NCBI GenBank assembly: GCA_964016885.1
Contig: OZ024740.1
Coordinates: forward strand, 94,798,001 to 94,862,000
Source: Eledone cirrhosa
Taxonomy: Eukaryota
Reading direction: 5' to 3'
DNA: 64,000 nt
This document shows positions 12,770 to 26,515 of the stretch, one piece after another; the first letter of the stretch is position 1; each line of letters opens with the position of its first letter. The notes beneath the pieces are model-generated. The model was not told where the DNA came from. It did not search any database and saw only the letters and a program-made list of their open reading frames with translations. The position numbers and the translations under genes were made by a program.

Positions 12770-13178
12770 AACAGGAGGTGGTGAGAGAATAGCGGCGGTA
12801 ACGATGATGATGCAGTGGTGGTGTTGGTGATGTGATAGTAGTACTGTAGTGAAGGTGTTCATGTAGCAGTTGGTTTTGGTTTGTTTGTTTGGCTGGCAAG
12901 ATTGTTTGTGTGGTAGTGGTGATGGTGATGGTGGTGGCGGCGGAGGTGGTGTTGATGATTAAATGATTTGCCCTTTTATTCTTTGACTATAACATTTCTG
13001 ATCCAAAATTAGATATTAAATATTGGAGCCCTATGCCATAATGTGATGCGTGTCACTTCCTGAGAGTTAAACTCGTATCTTATGTTCCATTTGTAATAAT
13101 AATTATTCTATCACAATTGTTTTGAATACGTAAACATGAAAAACTCACGGGAACGATTCCATACCACACTATCCACTC

Positions 13179-13180
<2 letters not shown>
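12770..13180. repeat. Unclassified GGT-rich repeat family X, copy 1
   Basis: Same start (aacag.aggt..tg.gagaatagcgg) and end (cacaattg...aaaact.acggga.cgatt...ctatccac) as 16270-16945 and 19597-20130. Confidence 0.65.
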
Positions 13181-13218
<38 letters not shown>

Positions 13219-13221
13219 GTT

Positions 13222-13372
13222 GTTCTTTGAGTCTCAGTCATTGATGTTAGTTAACTGGAAAGTCTGTTGAAATCAATATCAAGCCACAATCTGAAGTCTC
13301 AGATATTCTTACGTATCGGAAGGTTCTTGCTGTTTCCAGCAAGCATGCCTTTTGAAGCGTTCCAAAATGATT
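13222..13372 (-). mobile_element. 3' end of RLE LINE family 1 (C-terminus FGTLQKACLL plus 3' UTR)
   Basis: Matches 17081-17225 and 26230-26377. Adjoins (TTA)n. Confidence 0.85.
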
Positions 13373-16262
13373 GTTAGCTCGTTGTGCGTATATTCCATAC
13401 AGAGGCTTTTCTTGCCATTTCTTAGCCAGTTTCTGTAAAAGTTACTTTTACCTGCTTTGCTTTTTCTATGTTTTCCATTTCAGCAGTAAATGGGACTTCT
13501 GAAATTTGTAGTCCATTACTGTATCTGTGTGCGCCTTTTGTAATGGAGTATGATCTTTTGATGCTTTCGTGTTTCAAAACGAGTTTGATCATCCAATCAT
13601 GTGATTCCCTTAGATATGTAGATAATCCAATTGTTGCAGTTTTCAACGCAATGTCTAACTGGATTAACCCAAATCCTCCTTCTTTCCTATGGAGATATAT
13701 TCTATCTGTATCTGCCTTAGCGTGATGCATTCTGTGCATGGTTAAGAATTTTCGAATTGCTGTATCGAGCCTACGGATATCTGTGCTTGACCAGTTGATG
13801 TCATTGTAACTGTAGGTTACTAGTGGTATGGCTAGCGTGTTTATGGCATCGATCCTATTCCGTGCATTCAATTCCGTTCTTAAGATTGCTCTTACTCCGC
13901 GGTAACATTCCTTCCTTATCCTTTCCCTCATTGTCGAGTGCTTGATTCCGTTTCCTTCACAAACACCTAGATATTTGTAGGTTTCCACTTCATCTAGTTC
14001 TCTTCTCACATTCCCCGCACAAGATTAATGCCTGAACTTTTCAGCAGATTTCCTCTGGTGAACGTTGCTTTGGCGCACTTATCTAGTCCAAACTCCATTT
14101 TAATGTCATCACTGAACTGCTCCACAGTGAATAATAGCCCTTGCAATTGTTCATCATTGTGTGCAAATAGTTTCAGGTCATCCATGTAGAACAAGTGATT
14201 AATGGTTTTGTCATAGACTTTATATCCATGTTTTGTTTCATTGAGCATTTTACTTAATGGTATAAGTGCGGTGCAGAATAAAAGCGGTGATAAAGAGTCA
14301 CCCTGAAAAATTCCACAATCAATATTAACTTCTCCAGCTTCCAGTGATTTTGTTTCACTATTCCAAAGGAGTGTCGTTTTCCATGTCTTCATATTGAATG
14401 ACAAAAACCTACTGACAACGGGAGATATTTTGAAAATCTCTAAACATTGTTCACTCCAACTGTGTGGCAAACTATCGAATGCTTTTTGATAATCTATCGA
14501 AGCAATTGATAGATTGTTGTGTCTATTATGACAATCTTCCAGTATCATTTTGTTAACCAAAAGCTGATCCTTACAGCCATATGAGCCTCGTTTACACCCT
14601 TTCTGCTCAGTGGGAAATAGTTCATTTGTTATCAGGTGGTCATATGTATATTCAGTTAGGACTGTTGTTAAAATGTTATACATTGTGGTCAAGCAAGTTA
14701 TCGGTCTGTAATTTTTGGGATTGTTTGTCTCATCATTCTTCGGAAGCAGGACTGTAATGCCGTTAACTAGCCATGATGGTAACTTTTGTGGCTCCTTAAC
14801 TATTTCATTGTAAAGTTGGGCTAACAGCTCATGAGACTATGTGAAGGCATTTATCCAAAAATGTTGTATTTCGTCTTTTCCTGGCGATTTCCATTTGATG
14901 GATTTTATTAGAGCCAAACGCAACTATTCAACTGTTATATTTTCCCATAGTTGTTCCTCAAGGTGAGCTGTATATTTCATTTGACTGTCTATCCATGGGG
15001 CATGTATATCATGAACTTTTTCTTCTGCCCAGATCTTTTCCCACAATTTTTGCACTTCCTCCATGGGTGGTATTGATTCAGCAGTTATTGTTGACTTACC
15101 AATTTTTCTGTAGAAGTTTCTTTGGTTGTTTTTGAACATATTATTGTCCTTATATAATCTAGATCGTTTTTCAAAGCGCCTTATACGAGCAACGTTGGCC
15201 GACACTTTTTGCTTGATTATTTCTATCAGCATGTCTACGTCACTTGCTGATTTTGTACTGTACTTTCTTTTCAATTTTCTAAGTTTAGTTTTTTTAACAT
15301 GTTCACCTACTTTATAGTGTGTTAACATTTCTATGTCAGATCGGAAAGGTTTATTTGGCGATTGATATTCTTTTGCCGAGTAGATTTGTAGTGGGAATTC
15401 CTTTGTTTTTTTCATTTTCACTCCACATAAGTGAGTGGTGACTTTAGCCGATGCATAATAGAGTTGATTTAAATCAGTAATGTTTAGTTTGCGATGATAA
15501 TGTTTTTGAGAATTATGTTGGTCTTGTGTATTATCTTTTGGTTCTGTTTGGAGTTCTGGATCTTAGGGAGGGTGTCTCGTTCCACCATGTCAGATTCTTT
15601 CATTTTCTTCCATTCGATCATCATTTCCTCTTTCAAGTTGGCAAGTTCATTTTCATTTTTTTCCCTATCATTTACGATCTCATTGTTTTCATTTTGAGTT
15701 TGATCTTGAGCATGCGCTCCCTACACTTTTTCGATCCTTTCTTTAATTTGTTCTGTTGTCAGTGATTCCGCCCCAACCCTGGGATTCAATGTGTTACAAT
15801 TTACCTCGTTTTCATGTTTAATTTTTCATTTTCCCTTCGCTGACTTTGTGCTAATAGCTTGATATGATCAATATCTATATCAGTTAGTAACTTTTTTTAC
15901 AATATTTCTTCGTATATTGGCTAGTTTGTTACTGTCAATATAGCCTCTGTGTTCGGGATGTATCTTTTTCCAGTTGATATATCTATTCTGTATTAGATGT
16001 ATTTGATGGGTAGTACATGGCAGTGTAGAAAGCCTCAAGGACTTCTTTATTATCTTCCCTTGACCATGTTTCTCTCTTTTTTCTTTGGATTTCTTGGTGG
16101 TGAGCATGGAGGGCCAACAGTAGGAGTATTCCCTTTATGGGAGGTATCCAGCTCCGAAGTCATGGGAAGGTTTGAACCATTAGCTAGTTTTTCGACCCCA
16201 GTCTGGTTCCTGTCGGAGGGACGCGGACATTTTTGACCCGGGTGACGGCCACCTTCCCCTTT
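13373..16262 (-). mobile_element. Decayed R4/Dong-like non-LTR retrotransposon (N-terminus plus RT, frameshifted; zinc knuckle and RLE absent)
   Basis: NYRPITCL, EQKGC, CKDQLL, IDYQKAFDS, GIFQGDSLSPLLFC, HLFYMDDLKLF, FGLDKC, YKYLG and GGFGL motifs in ORFs 14924-15421, 14006-14692 and 13422-14009. Confidence 0.9.
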
Positions 16263-16269
16263 CGTAAGT

Positions 16270-16945
16270 TAACAGAAGGTAATGTGGGAATAGCGGTGGT
16301 AGCAATGAATGAGTGGTGGCGGCGGTGATGGGATAGTGGTAGCAATGATGGATGGGGTGGTGGCGGCGGTGACTATAGTGATGGCGTTGTCGTTACTGAC
16401 TTTTGTTGAATAGACTGTAATTTGTTTGATTTATCGGTGAATATATGCGGTTAGTCGCGTATGTTTAATATATGTGTTGACATATGTTCTTATTATTGGA
16501 TTTAAACATTTTGTGAAAACTTGAGACAATAATAATATTAATTATTATTATTATGCTGGGATTGGTGGTGGTGGTGGTGGTGAAATTGACGTTATCTGGC
16601 TGTTGCATTTAGTGTACACAGATGGGGGTGATGGGATAGGTGGTGTTTCCAGTTTGAGGTGTTGGTGAAATTGCTGTTATTTGGCTGTTCTATATAGTGT
16701 AGACAGAGGGGGTTTTCTTCCATTTATAACCATTTTCTTTTTTGAATATAAAAATGTATAATACAAAATTAAATATTTGAGCGTTATAACAGAATATTAT
16801 GGATCCGAAATTTTCTAATGGTTGAGTCCGGTGCTTTATGTATCATTTATACTAAGAATTGTTATTTCACAATTGATTTAAATGTTAAAAATCAAAAACT
16901 TACGGGAGCGATTTCATGACCTTCTATCCACCACGTGTGCCTTCT
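16270..16945. repeat. Repeat family X, copy 2
   Basis: High similarity to 19597-20130 (gaaattgctgttat, gagggggttttcttccatttataaccattttc). Confidence 0.75.
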
Positions 16946-16952
16946 TCTTCTT

Positions 16953-17069
<117 letters not shown>

Positions 17070-17080
17070 GTTATTGTTAT

Positions 17081-17681
17081 TCCTTGAATCTCAGTCATTG
17101 ATGTTGGTTAACTGGAAAGTCCGTTGGATTGAATATCAAGCCACTACCTGCAGCCTCAGATATTCAGGACGTATCGGAGGGTTCTTGCCGTTCCAAGCAA
17201 GCATGCCTTTTGAAGCGTTCCAAAAAGCGTGAAGGGGCCGATTTTCTTTAACCATCCCTGGAAACCTTTGGAGATAGTCCCCAGTGCGCCTATGACAATC
17301 GGGATCACTTTGACTTCATGGCAGTTCCAAATCCTTTTCACCTCCCACTTTAGGTCCTGGTATCGGTTAATTTTCTCCCTCTCCTTCTCTTGCACTCTCG
17401 TGTCGAACGGGCAGGCCACATCCACAATCAGGCACGATCTTTTTTCTTTGTCCACAACCACCAGGTCAGGTCTATTGTGTTCCAGTTTTTTGTCCGTCTG
17501 TATCCTAAAATCCCACAGCACCTTCACCTGACTGTTCTCCATCACCGCCTCTGGCCTATGCTCATACCATTTCTCAGAATGTGGTAGATTGTTTACTTTG
17601 CACAGGTGCCAGTGGATCACCCTGCCCATCACATCGTGTCTCCAGCCCTTATAGTGGGTCTGGGCTAGGTGTTTACACTCG

Positions 17682-17682
<1 letters not shown>
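17081..17682 (-). mobile_element. Short 5'-truncated RLE LINE family 1 copy
   Basis: ORF 17156-17632 has WDF..QTD..HNRPDL..D..CP (PD-(D/E)xK endonuclease). Near-identical to 17737-18338. Both ends lie in (TTA)n. Confidence 0.92.
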
Positions 17683-17728
<46 letters not shown>

Positions 17729-17736
17729 GTTGTTAT

Positions 17737-19048
17737 TCCTTGAATCTCAGTCATTGATGTTGGTTAACTGGAAAGTCCGTTGGAATGAATATCAAGCCAC
17801 TACCTGCAGCCTCAGATATTCAGGACGTATCGGAGGGTTCTTGCTGTTCCAAGCAAGCATGCCTTTTGAAGCGTTCCAAAAAGCGTGAAGGGGCCGATTT
17901 TCTTTAACCATCCCTGGAAACTTTTGGAGATAGTCCCCAGTGCGCCTATGACAATCGGGATCACTTTGACTTCATGGCAGTTCCAAATCCTTTTCACCTC
18001 CCACTTTAGATCCTGGTATCGGTTAATTTTCTCCCTCTCCTTCTCTTGCACTCTCGTGTCGAACGGGCAGGCCACATCCACAATCAGACACGATCTTTTT
18101 TCTTTGTCCACAACCACCAGGTCAGGTCTATTGTGTTCCAGTTTTTTGTCCGTCTGTATCCTAAAATCCCACAGCACCTTCACCTGATTGTTCTCCATCA
18201 CCGCCTCCGGCCTATGCTCATACCATTTCTCAGAATGTGGTAAATTGTTTACTTTGCACAGGTGCCAGTGGATCACCCTGCCCATCACATCGTGTCTCCA
18301 GCCCTTATAGTGGGTCTGGGCTAGGTGTTTACACTCGGACACAATGTGAGCCACAGTCTCCTCTCTCTCTCCACAGATCCTGCACAGTGGGCTAGCCTCC
18401 TCCTTGTAAATATGGTGCTTCAACCACTTCGCTTTGAGGGCCTGCTCCTGCGCAGCCATTATCATTCCTTCTGTAGCCTTTTTGAGGTCTCCTCTTCTCA
18501 ACCAGTTCCATGTCTGTGGATCTCTAAATTCAGTTTTCTCAAAGAAGGTACTATGAAGGGATTTTCCCTTAAGGCTGCTCTTCCTCCTTGATGTTATTTC
18601 CTCCTTGGACATCCCCTGGCCTACTGTCCCCTCCTTCAGTACAGTTTTGAGCATTGGCTCCTTACTATAGTTCACGTATTTGTATAGGTTGTTTTTCTCC
18701 ATCTGAACACAGTCCTCTATGCTGATAAGACCTCTTCCACCCTCAGATCTCCTTAGGTAGAGTCTATCGACATCACTCCTCTTGTGGAACATGTTGTAGA
18801 TAGTCAATAGCTTCCTAGTCTTCCTATCCATTTCTTTTTGTTCAGCAACATTCCATCTCAGAATTCCCGCACTGTACCTAATAATAGACACAGCTCGGGA
18901 ATTTACTGCGCTTATGGCATTTCTGCTGTTCAGATGTGACTTCAATACGCTCCTTACTCTCCGAATGTATTCAGTTCTTAACAATTCCTTCATTTTTTTG
19001 TTCTTTATGCCATCAGCCTCCAGAACGCCCAAATACTTGTATCCTTCC
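17737..19048 (-). mobile_element. 5'-truncated R4/Dong-like RLE LINE family 1
   Basis: Uninterrupted 406-aa frame plus 3' UTR, flanked by (TTA)n. Confidence 0.92.
17812..19032 (-). CDS. C-terminal part of LINE ORF: RT thumb, CCHC zinc knuckle, restriction-like endonuclease (no true start codon)
   Basis: YKYLG just upstream, RLYL.RSEGGRGL, CRICGEREETVAHIVSEC, RHD, HNRPDL, PIVIGALG. Confidence 0.9.
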   Translation of the reverse strand: MGVLEADGIKNKKMKELLRTEYIRRVRSVLKSHLNSRNAISAVNSRAVSIIRYSAGILRWNVAEQKEMDRKTRKLLTIYNMFHKRSDVDRLYLRRSEGGRGLISIEDCVQMEKNNLYKYVNYSKEPMLKTVLKEGTVGQGMSKEEITSRRKSSLKGKSLHSTFFEKTEFRDPQTWNWLRRGDLKKATEGMIMAAQEQALKAKWLKHHIYKEEASPLCRICGEREETVAHIVSECKHLAQTHYKGWRHDVMGRVIHWHLCKVNNLPHSEKWYEHRPEAVMENNQVKVLWDFRIQTDKKLEHNRPDLVVVDKEKRSCLIVDVACPFDTRVQEKEREKINRYQDLKWEVKRIWNCHEVKVIPIVIGALGTISKSFQGWLKKIGPFTLFGTLQKACLLGTARTLRYVLNI

Positions 19049-19054
19049 TTATTA

Positions 19055-19430
<376 letters not shown>

Positions 19431-19460
19431 TAATAATAATAATAATAATAATAATAATTG

Positions 19461-19572
19461 TTTCTACTTTTGGCACAAGGCCAGCAATTATCCCAGTGCA
19501 TTACTGCTACTTTATTTTATCAACCCCGTAAGGATGAAAGGCAAAGTTAACCTCGGCGGGATTTGAACTCAG
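19461..19572 (-). mobile_element. tRNA-derived SINE fragment
   Basis: Minus-strand B-box gagttcaaatccc and body ctttgcctttcatccttacggggttgataaaataaagtag. Confidence 0.8.
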
Positions 19573-19596
19573 CCCTTGCTATTCTGAGTTCATGCT

Positions 19597-20130
19597 AGTG
19601 GTGGTGGTATTGGTGGTGAAATTATCTTTAGTGAAATTATCGTTTGTCGCGTATATGTGATGACATATTTTGCTTAATATTGGAATTAAACATTTTGTTG
19701 AAACTAAAACTTGAGGCAATAGTAATAGTAATTATTATTATTATGCTGAGATTGGTGGTGGTGGTGAATTTGCCGTTATCTGGCTGTTGTGTTTAGTGTA
19801 CACAGAGGGGTGATGGGGTATGGTGTATCTAGTTTCTGATGTTGGTGAAATTGCTGTTATTATGGCTGTTCTATATAGTGTAGAGAGAGGGGGTTTTCTT
19901 CCATTTATAACCATTTTCTTTTTTGAATATAAAATGTATAATACAAAATTGAATATTTGAGCGAGATAACAATATATTGCGGATCCGAATTTTTTGGAAC
20001 TCAAGCTGGATGTTTTATTCAACATTTGTACTAAGAATTGTTATTTCACAATTGATTTAAATATGTTAAAACAATCAAAACTTACGGGACCGATTTCTCG
20101 ACCTTCTATCCACCATGTGTGTCTTCTTCC
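19597..20130. repeat. Repeat family X, copy 3
   Basis: Matches 16420-16945. Followed by TTA/TTG/GGT repeats. Confidence 0.75.
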
Positions 20131-20602
20131 CTTTATTATTATTATTGTTGTTGTTGTTGTGGTGGTGGTGGTGGTGGTGGTGGTGGTGGTGGTGGCGGCG
20201 GCGGTGGTGGTGATGTCGTTTTCAGATGATACTGCTGCTATGGCAGAAGGTTGTGATGGTAGCTTTTTAGTTTTGCCTTCACATTCAGTAGAGTGGATGA
20301 CAGGCATCACTGTAGCCCTCGTAATCGTGGTGAAATCTGCAGTGGCTGCCTTTAAACTTTTGACCTGAACGTTGTTTACCGTTTCAAGGTCGAACATTTC
20401 CATAATTTTCTTTTGGTGGGGAAGCGATTTTTTTCGAAGTTTAAAAAAAATAAATCTGAATATTCGGGCTTAAAGCCAGAATATTAAGAGGTATCCCTCT
20501 CTTTAAATCAAGATGTGTACCTTAAGTTTCGTTAACGACAAGAAAATACAAACAAAGACACTTTAAAACAGCTTAAAGCTACGAACCTTTTCCCCCGCAG
20601 AC

Positions 20603-21370
20603 TTGTCTGTCTTCACACGCACATATTCGGAGGATATGAATAACATCCCAGATGTTGCCCACCTGCAGGACGGGACAACAATCCAACTAATGATTGACGG
20701 AAGAAGGCCACGCTGCTTCGTTTGCGGGGAAGCAACGCATCTTCAAGCTTTCTGCCCTCAGCACAAACATGCAGGGGGTCGCAAACCTCCTTTGTTGCCA
20801 ACGCCAGTGTCAGCACGGAAAGCTGCACCACCACCACCAAAAACAACATCAACAAAAACACGGACACCAACATCAAAAGCAGCCGGATCACCACCAACAC
20901 CAAAACCAATCCAAGGAGAAAACGAGGAAAGCCCCCCCCCCCAATTATACACATAGACGAAAAAATAAATAAACCCACACACAGACACAGAGACACTTAC
21001 AGACACAGACCCTTTGTCTTCCAGCAGCGAAGATGAAGGAAAACCCAAAAGTGCAAAAAAACAGAGAAAACTCACAAAAAAAAGCCCCAACAAAACACAA
21101 AAACACACACAACGAAAAATACAGACACTGCTAACGCAAACACTTCCCCAATAACATCAGCACCATCAGCAACATCGACACCACCTCCACACTCCCCGAA
21201 ACGCAAACAACCTAAACAAACACAAGTACAAATAAACACACAAATACCTGAAATTGCAGACACCACACCTACAACTAACATAGACATACCCGAAACAACA
21301 GTACCAAAACCATCGCCACCACCTTCACCAAAACGAAAACAAATAAAACCACACCAACAAAATGTTTAAA
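20603..21370 (+). pseudogene. ORF1 fragment with CCHC zinc knuckle and P/T/K-rich tail
   Basis: IDGRRPRCFVCGEATHLQAFCP (Cx2Cx4Hx4C). Confidence 0.8.
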
Positions 21371-21695
21371 ACTTCGTGCTTGTCAAAAGGGCCAACGATA
21401 AACTGATGGCCCTCTTAGCGGAAGCGAGGCCATTCAAATAGAGGGGGTGATTTTTGAAATGAGCACATTTTGCGTGCCAGAAGATTTGTTTCTGGTCCGA
21501 ATGTCACTCAATTCCTTCAAAGAAATTCTAGAGAGCTTTCATCAAGACGTGGGAAACCCGAATGTGAAACCCACATGAAGACTTTTAAAGGGGTTCCCAA
21601 AAGAAACCCCAACGACAATGGAGATCGAACCACTCGACCTTCACAAGACCCGGGAGGTAAGTAAACCTTCCCTCTCTCTCTCTTACCTTACCAAT

Positions 21696-24410
21696 ATGGC
21701 CATATTAAGAGTAGGAAGTTTAAATGTTCGCGGCCTGGGGTCGCCCTGGAAGCAGGGTCGCCTGCTCAACGACCTCCAGTCGATGGAAATGGATGTGATT
21801 GCCGTCGGCGAGACCAGAATTTCCGACACGCGCGCACTAGCCCCCATTTTCGACGACTATCAAATCTTCGCATCTGTTAGCAGGCCGGGAATTGGGGGTG
21901 GGGTGGCAGTGCTGTTTAAGAATGGACTGGATCTCGAGGTAAGGTCGATCTTCCGGGACCCGGACGGTAAGTTGGTGGTCTTGGATGTGAGCAGTAGCGA
22001 AGGTGGTGCCTTTAGACTGCTGGCCGTCTACGCCCCTACAGGGGCCGGACGACCTGACTTCTTCAGGTGCCTGGAGACCTTTCTGTGTACGTCTCGCCCT
22101 TTACTGTTAGCGGGGGACTGGAATGGCATCTTAGACGCACGCTGGGATTGTGTGGGAGTAGCCGATAGGAGCGGGGGGTGCAAAAGCCTGAAGCACCGAC
22201 TCAGTCAGTTCCAACTGTCTGACAGGTATCGACTAGATTTCCCCAATGTGCCAGTATGGACATGGACCAACCGAATGGGGTCATCTAGATCGTATATAGA
22301 CAGAATCTTCAGTAGGAAAATAGATAGAAATAGTGTGGTCTGTCCACTTTTTAAAGCGGTCGCCTATTCAGATCACAAATTTGTGATCTGTACGGTCGAC
22401 CTACATAAAACGCGTAGGTTAGGACCGGGTTACTGAACATGTCATTTCCGGCACATAAGGCTTACAGGGACGAGTCAACAAGTTAGTTAAGCAAAAGTTG
22501 ACAGGGGGGATCATCAACAACAGATGGTGGGGGGGGCTCTCAAAAGAGAGATTAGAGTTACTTCGATAGAGTTCAGCAAAGAACAAGCGTTACAGAAAAA
22601 TAGAAAGGAGGGGGAGCTGGTAGATACGTTAGACGAGGCTATTTGTAGTGGCATCGCAACTGACGTGCTAGCGGCGAGAATGGCATTAGACCAATTCTTC
22701 AATGCCAAACACGAAGGTTGCATTGTCAGAGCTAAGGCGCGTGCGCTGAGAAACGAGGGAACTAAAGCTGTTCGATGGGCCCGCGTGGCGGAGGCGCAGT
22801 GTGGTAATAAAATCACAATTCGGTCTTTGGCGGACCGAGACGGACACGAGATAAGCGATTCCAAGCGGATGTGCGAGGTCTTTCGCCAGCACTTTGCTCG
22901 GTTGTTCAGGGAGAGTGGCGAGTCAGAGAGAGTAGCGGATTTCAGTCCCTACCTTGACGGCTTGCCGCGCATCTCGACGGTCGACGCTGAGCGCTGCGAA
23001 AGGCCGATTACTTCAGCCGAAATTCAGGACGCCCCTGTCGGCTGCATGAGGCGCAAGTCACCCGGTTTCGATGGCCTGCCCTACGAGCTTTACGTAAATA
23101 TGCCAGACTTGTTCTCCGAACTCCTCGAAACACTCTACTGTAAGTGACAGCAGAATGGGAGTATTCTCAGTTCTGTGAGCAGGGGAGTGGTGACGCTGAT
23201 AAGGAAATACGAGAACAAGAGGGATACATTAGACAACTTCAGGCCCATAACACTGCTCAACACAGAGTTTAAGATTTTGGCCAAGGTCTTAGCAAAGAGA
23301 CTGGCGCTTGTCTTCGAGGATTTGGTTGGGGAGGCGCAAACTTGCGCAATCCCAGCTAGGTCCATACACGATAATCTCCACCTCATGCGATACCTCATAG
23401 ATAGGGTGTAAACCTGGCTTCGGTGGGGCACTGATCAATTTAGATCAATCGAAAGCATTCGATAGGGTCGACCATCGGTATCTGGAGTTTATCCTCAAAG
23501 CAGCTGGCTTCGGCCCTGTCTTTAGAAGCTGGATCGTTGCAATTCACAGCGGCACACGCTCGGTGGTCAAGGTTAATGGCCACCTCTCGGAACCATTTTG
23601 GCTCTCCCGATCGGTACGTCAAAGGTTCCCTCTCTCTTCCCTTCTGTACGTATTGACTCTCGAGCCTTTACTGCGGAAGCTGGAGCTGTTGCAGGGCATC
23701 CCGCTCTAACCGGGACGTGGAAGGGCGGTGTCAGCGTATGCGGACGACATCACCGTGATGGTGTCGAACACCTCAGAAATCGAGGTGGTCGGCACCTTAT
23801 TGAAGGAATATGAAAGGTTGACAGGAGCCAAACTTAACACGGAAACGTCGGTGGGCTTGCAGCTCGGAACCTGGAGAGGCAAGCCCATGCCGTCCAACAG
23901 CGTCGTGGGGCGCTGGACGGACGGACCAGTAAAGTTGCTCGGGTTTGGTTCGGACCAGACCTCCAGGTGGAAAATAATTGGGACGAGGTAACGAGCAGAG
24001 TAGCCAGTCTCACCCAAAAATGGGCTGGGAGGAAGCAATCACTGAAAGGTCGCGCGGAGGTTGCGAATGCGTACATCGCGTCCTTCATCTACTACCGCCT
24101 AACCGTCGTGCCTTGCCCCCGTCCGCGTCTCGTCAAGTTGGAACGGCTCCTCTTCAAATTCTTGTGGAGGGACAAGTTCCGTTGGTGAGGCGGTCCATCT
24201 GCTGCCAGCACCCTCTACGCGGAGGGCTGGGCACGCCGTGGCTAATGATGCGCAGACATGCGTTGAAGCTGTGACATCTCCAGATATTCTGCCTCAACGG
24301 TGAACAGGTGTGGTCGCCGTTTATCAGACGGGCCTTTCCGCAGCTCATTTATTTCACTGAGCTGCAGTCCTGGGTCAAGAAGAGACCGAGACTGTGTGAC
24401 TGGCTCCAGG
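21696..24410 (+). pseudogene. ORF2: apurinic endonuclease plus reverse transcriptase with stops and frameshifts; C-terminal zinc domain apparently deleted
   Basis: SLNVRGL, VGETR, VYAP, AGDWN, YIDRIF, SDH (APE). KSPGFDGLP, NFRPITLLNTEFKILAK, DQSKAFDRVDH, AYADDITV, GGLG (RT). Confidence 0.92.
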
Positions 24411-24649
24411 GTCGTCGACCCCCTATCGGGGAATTTATTTTGTTATGTTTATGCATAGTTTAATTTATATTTTTATATTTTCATTGTTAAATTAGACTTG
24501 CCATTGTGCACATTTACTCGACCTTATTGTAAACCCCCACTGTCCCTGTCTTTGTATTGACCCCTACATGTCGGCCCTTGTGGCTAATAAATGAAATCAT
24601 TATTATTATTATTATTATCAATAATATACATATATATATACACACACAT

Positions 24650-25129
<480 letters not shown>

Positions 25130-26377
25130 TGATAAGATCTGAATACATTCGGAGAGTATGGAGCGTATTAAAATCACATCTGAACAGTAGGAATGCCATA
25201 AGTGCAGTAAATTCTAGAGCTGTGTCTATTATTAGGTACAGTGCGGGAATTCTGAGATGGAATGTTGCAGAACAAAAAGAAATGGATAGGAAGACTAGAA
25301 CGTTATTGACTACCTACAACATGTTCAACAAGAGGAGTGATGTCAATAGACTCTACTTAAGGAGATCTGAAGGTGGAAGAGGTCTTATCAGCATAGAGGA
25401 CTGTGTTCAGATGGAGAAAAACAACCTACACAAATACGTGACTGATAGTAAGGAGCCAATGCTCAGAACTGTACTGAAGGATAGGACAATAGACCAGGGG
25501 ATGTCCAGGGAGGAAATAGCAACAAGGAGAAAGAGCAGCCGTCATGAAAAATCCCTTCATAGTACCTTCTTTGAGAAAACTGAATTCAGAGATTCACAGA
25601 CCTGGAACTGGTTGAAAAGAGGAGACCTTAAAAAGGCTACAGAAGGAATGCTAATGGCTGCGCAAGAGCAGGCTCTCAAAACGAAGTGGCTGAAACACCA
25701 TATTTACAAGGAGGTGGCTAGCCCACTGTGTAGGATATGTGGAGAGAGAGAGGAGACTGTGGCTCACATTGTATCCGAGTGTAAACACCTAGCCCAGACT
25801 CACTATAAGGGCTGGAGACATGATGTGATGGGCAGGTTGATCCCCTGGCACCTATGTAAAGTAAACAATTTACCACATTCTTAGAAGTGGTATGAGCATA
25901 AGCTAGTGTCGGTGACAGAAAACGATCAGGTGAAGGTGCTGTGAGATTTTAGGATACAGACGGACAAGAAACTGGAACACAATAGACCTGACCTGGTGGT
26001 TTTGGACAAAGAAAAAAAAACGTGCCTGATTGTGGATGTGGCCTGCCCATTCGACACGAGAGTGCAAGAGAAGGTGAGGGAGAAAATTAACCGATACCAG
26101 GACTTAATGTGGGAGGTAAAAAGGATTTGGAACTGCGATGAAGTCAAAGTGGTCCCGATTGTCATAGGCTCACTAGGTACTATCTCAAAATGTTTCCAGC
26201 GATGGTTAAAGAAAATTGGCCCCGCCACGCATTTTGGAACGCTTCAAAAGGCATGCTTGCTGGGAACGGCAATAACCCTCCGATACGTCCTGAATATCTG
26301 AGGCTGCAGGTAATGGCTTGATATTTATTTCAACAAACTTTACAGTTAAATAACATCAATGACTGAGACTCGAAGAA
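25130..26377 (+). mobile_element. 5'-truncated RLE LINE family 1, older copy with stops
   Basis: ORFs 25129-25884 and 25996-26301 are homologous to 17812-19032. (TAA)n on both sides. Confidence 0.92.
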
Positions 26378-26409
26378 CAATAATAATAAAAATAATAATT
26401 ATAATAACA

Positions 26410-26515
26410 ATAGCTTTATTGACCACAAGGGCCTACATTTAGGTGAACAGAGACTGTTGGGGTTTACATATAAAGCGTGTAAAATAAAATATACATAACA
26501 ATACAAAAATGAAAA
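26410..26515 (-). mobile_element. 3'-terminal fragment of a Tx1/L1-like LINE
   Basis: tttattgaccacaaggggcctacat...tggggtttaca is reverse-complement similar to 24528-24592. Confidence 0.6.

Larger units (their letters stand above)
20450..24620 (+). mobile_element. Tx1/L1-like LINE, near full length but decayed
   Basis: ORF1 zinc knuckle, APE endonuclease, RT fragments, AATAAA at ~24586 and (ATT)n tail. The 5' boundary is approximate. Confidence 0.88.
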
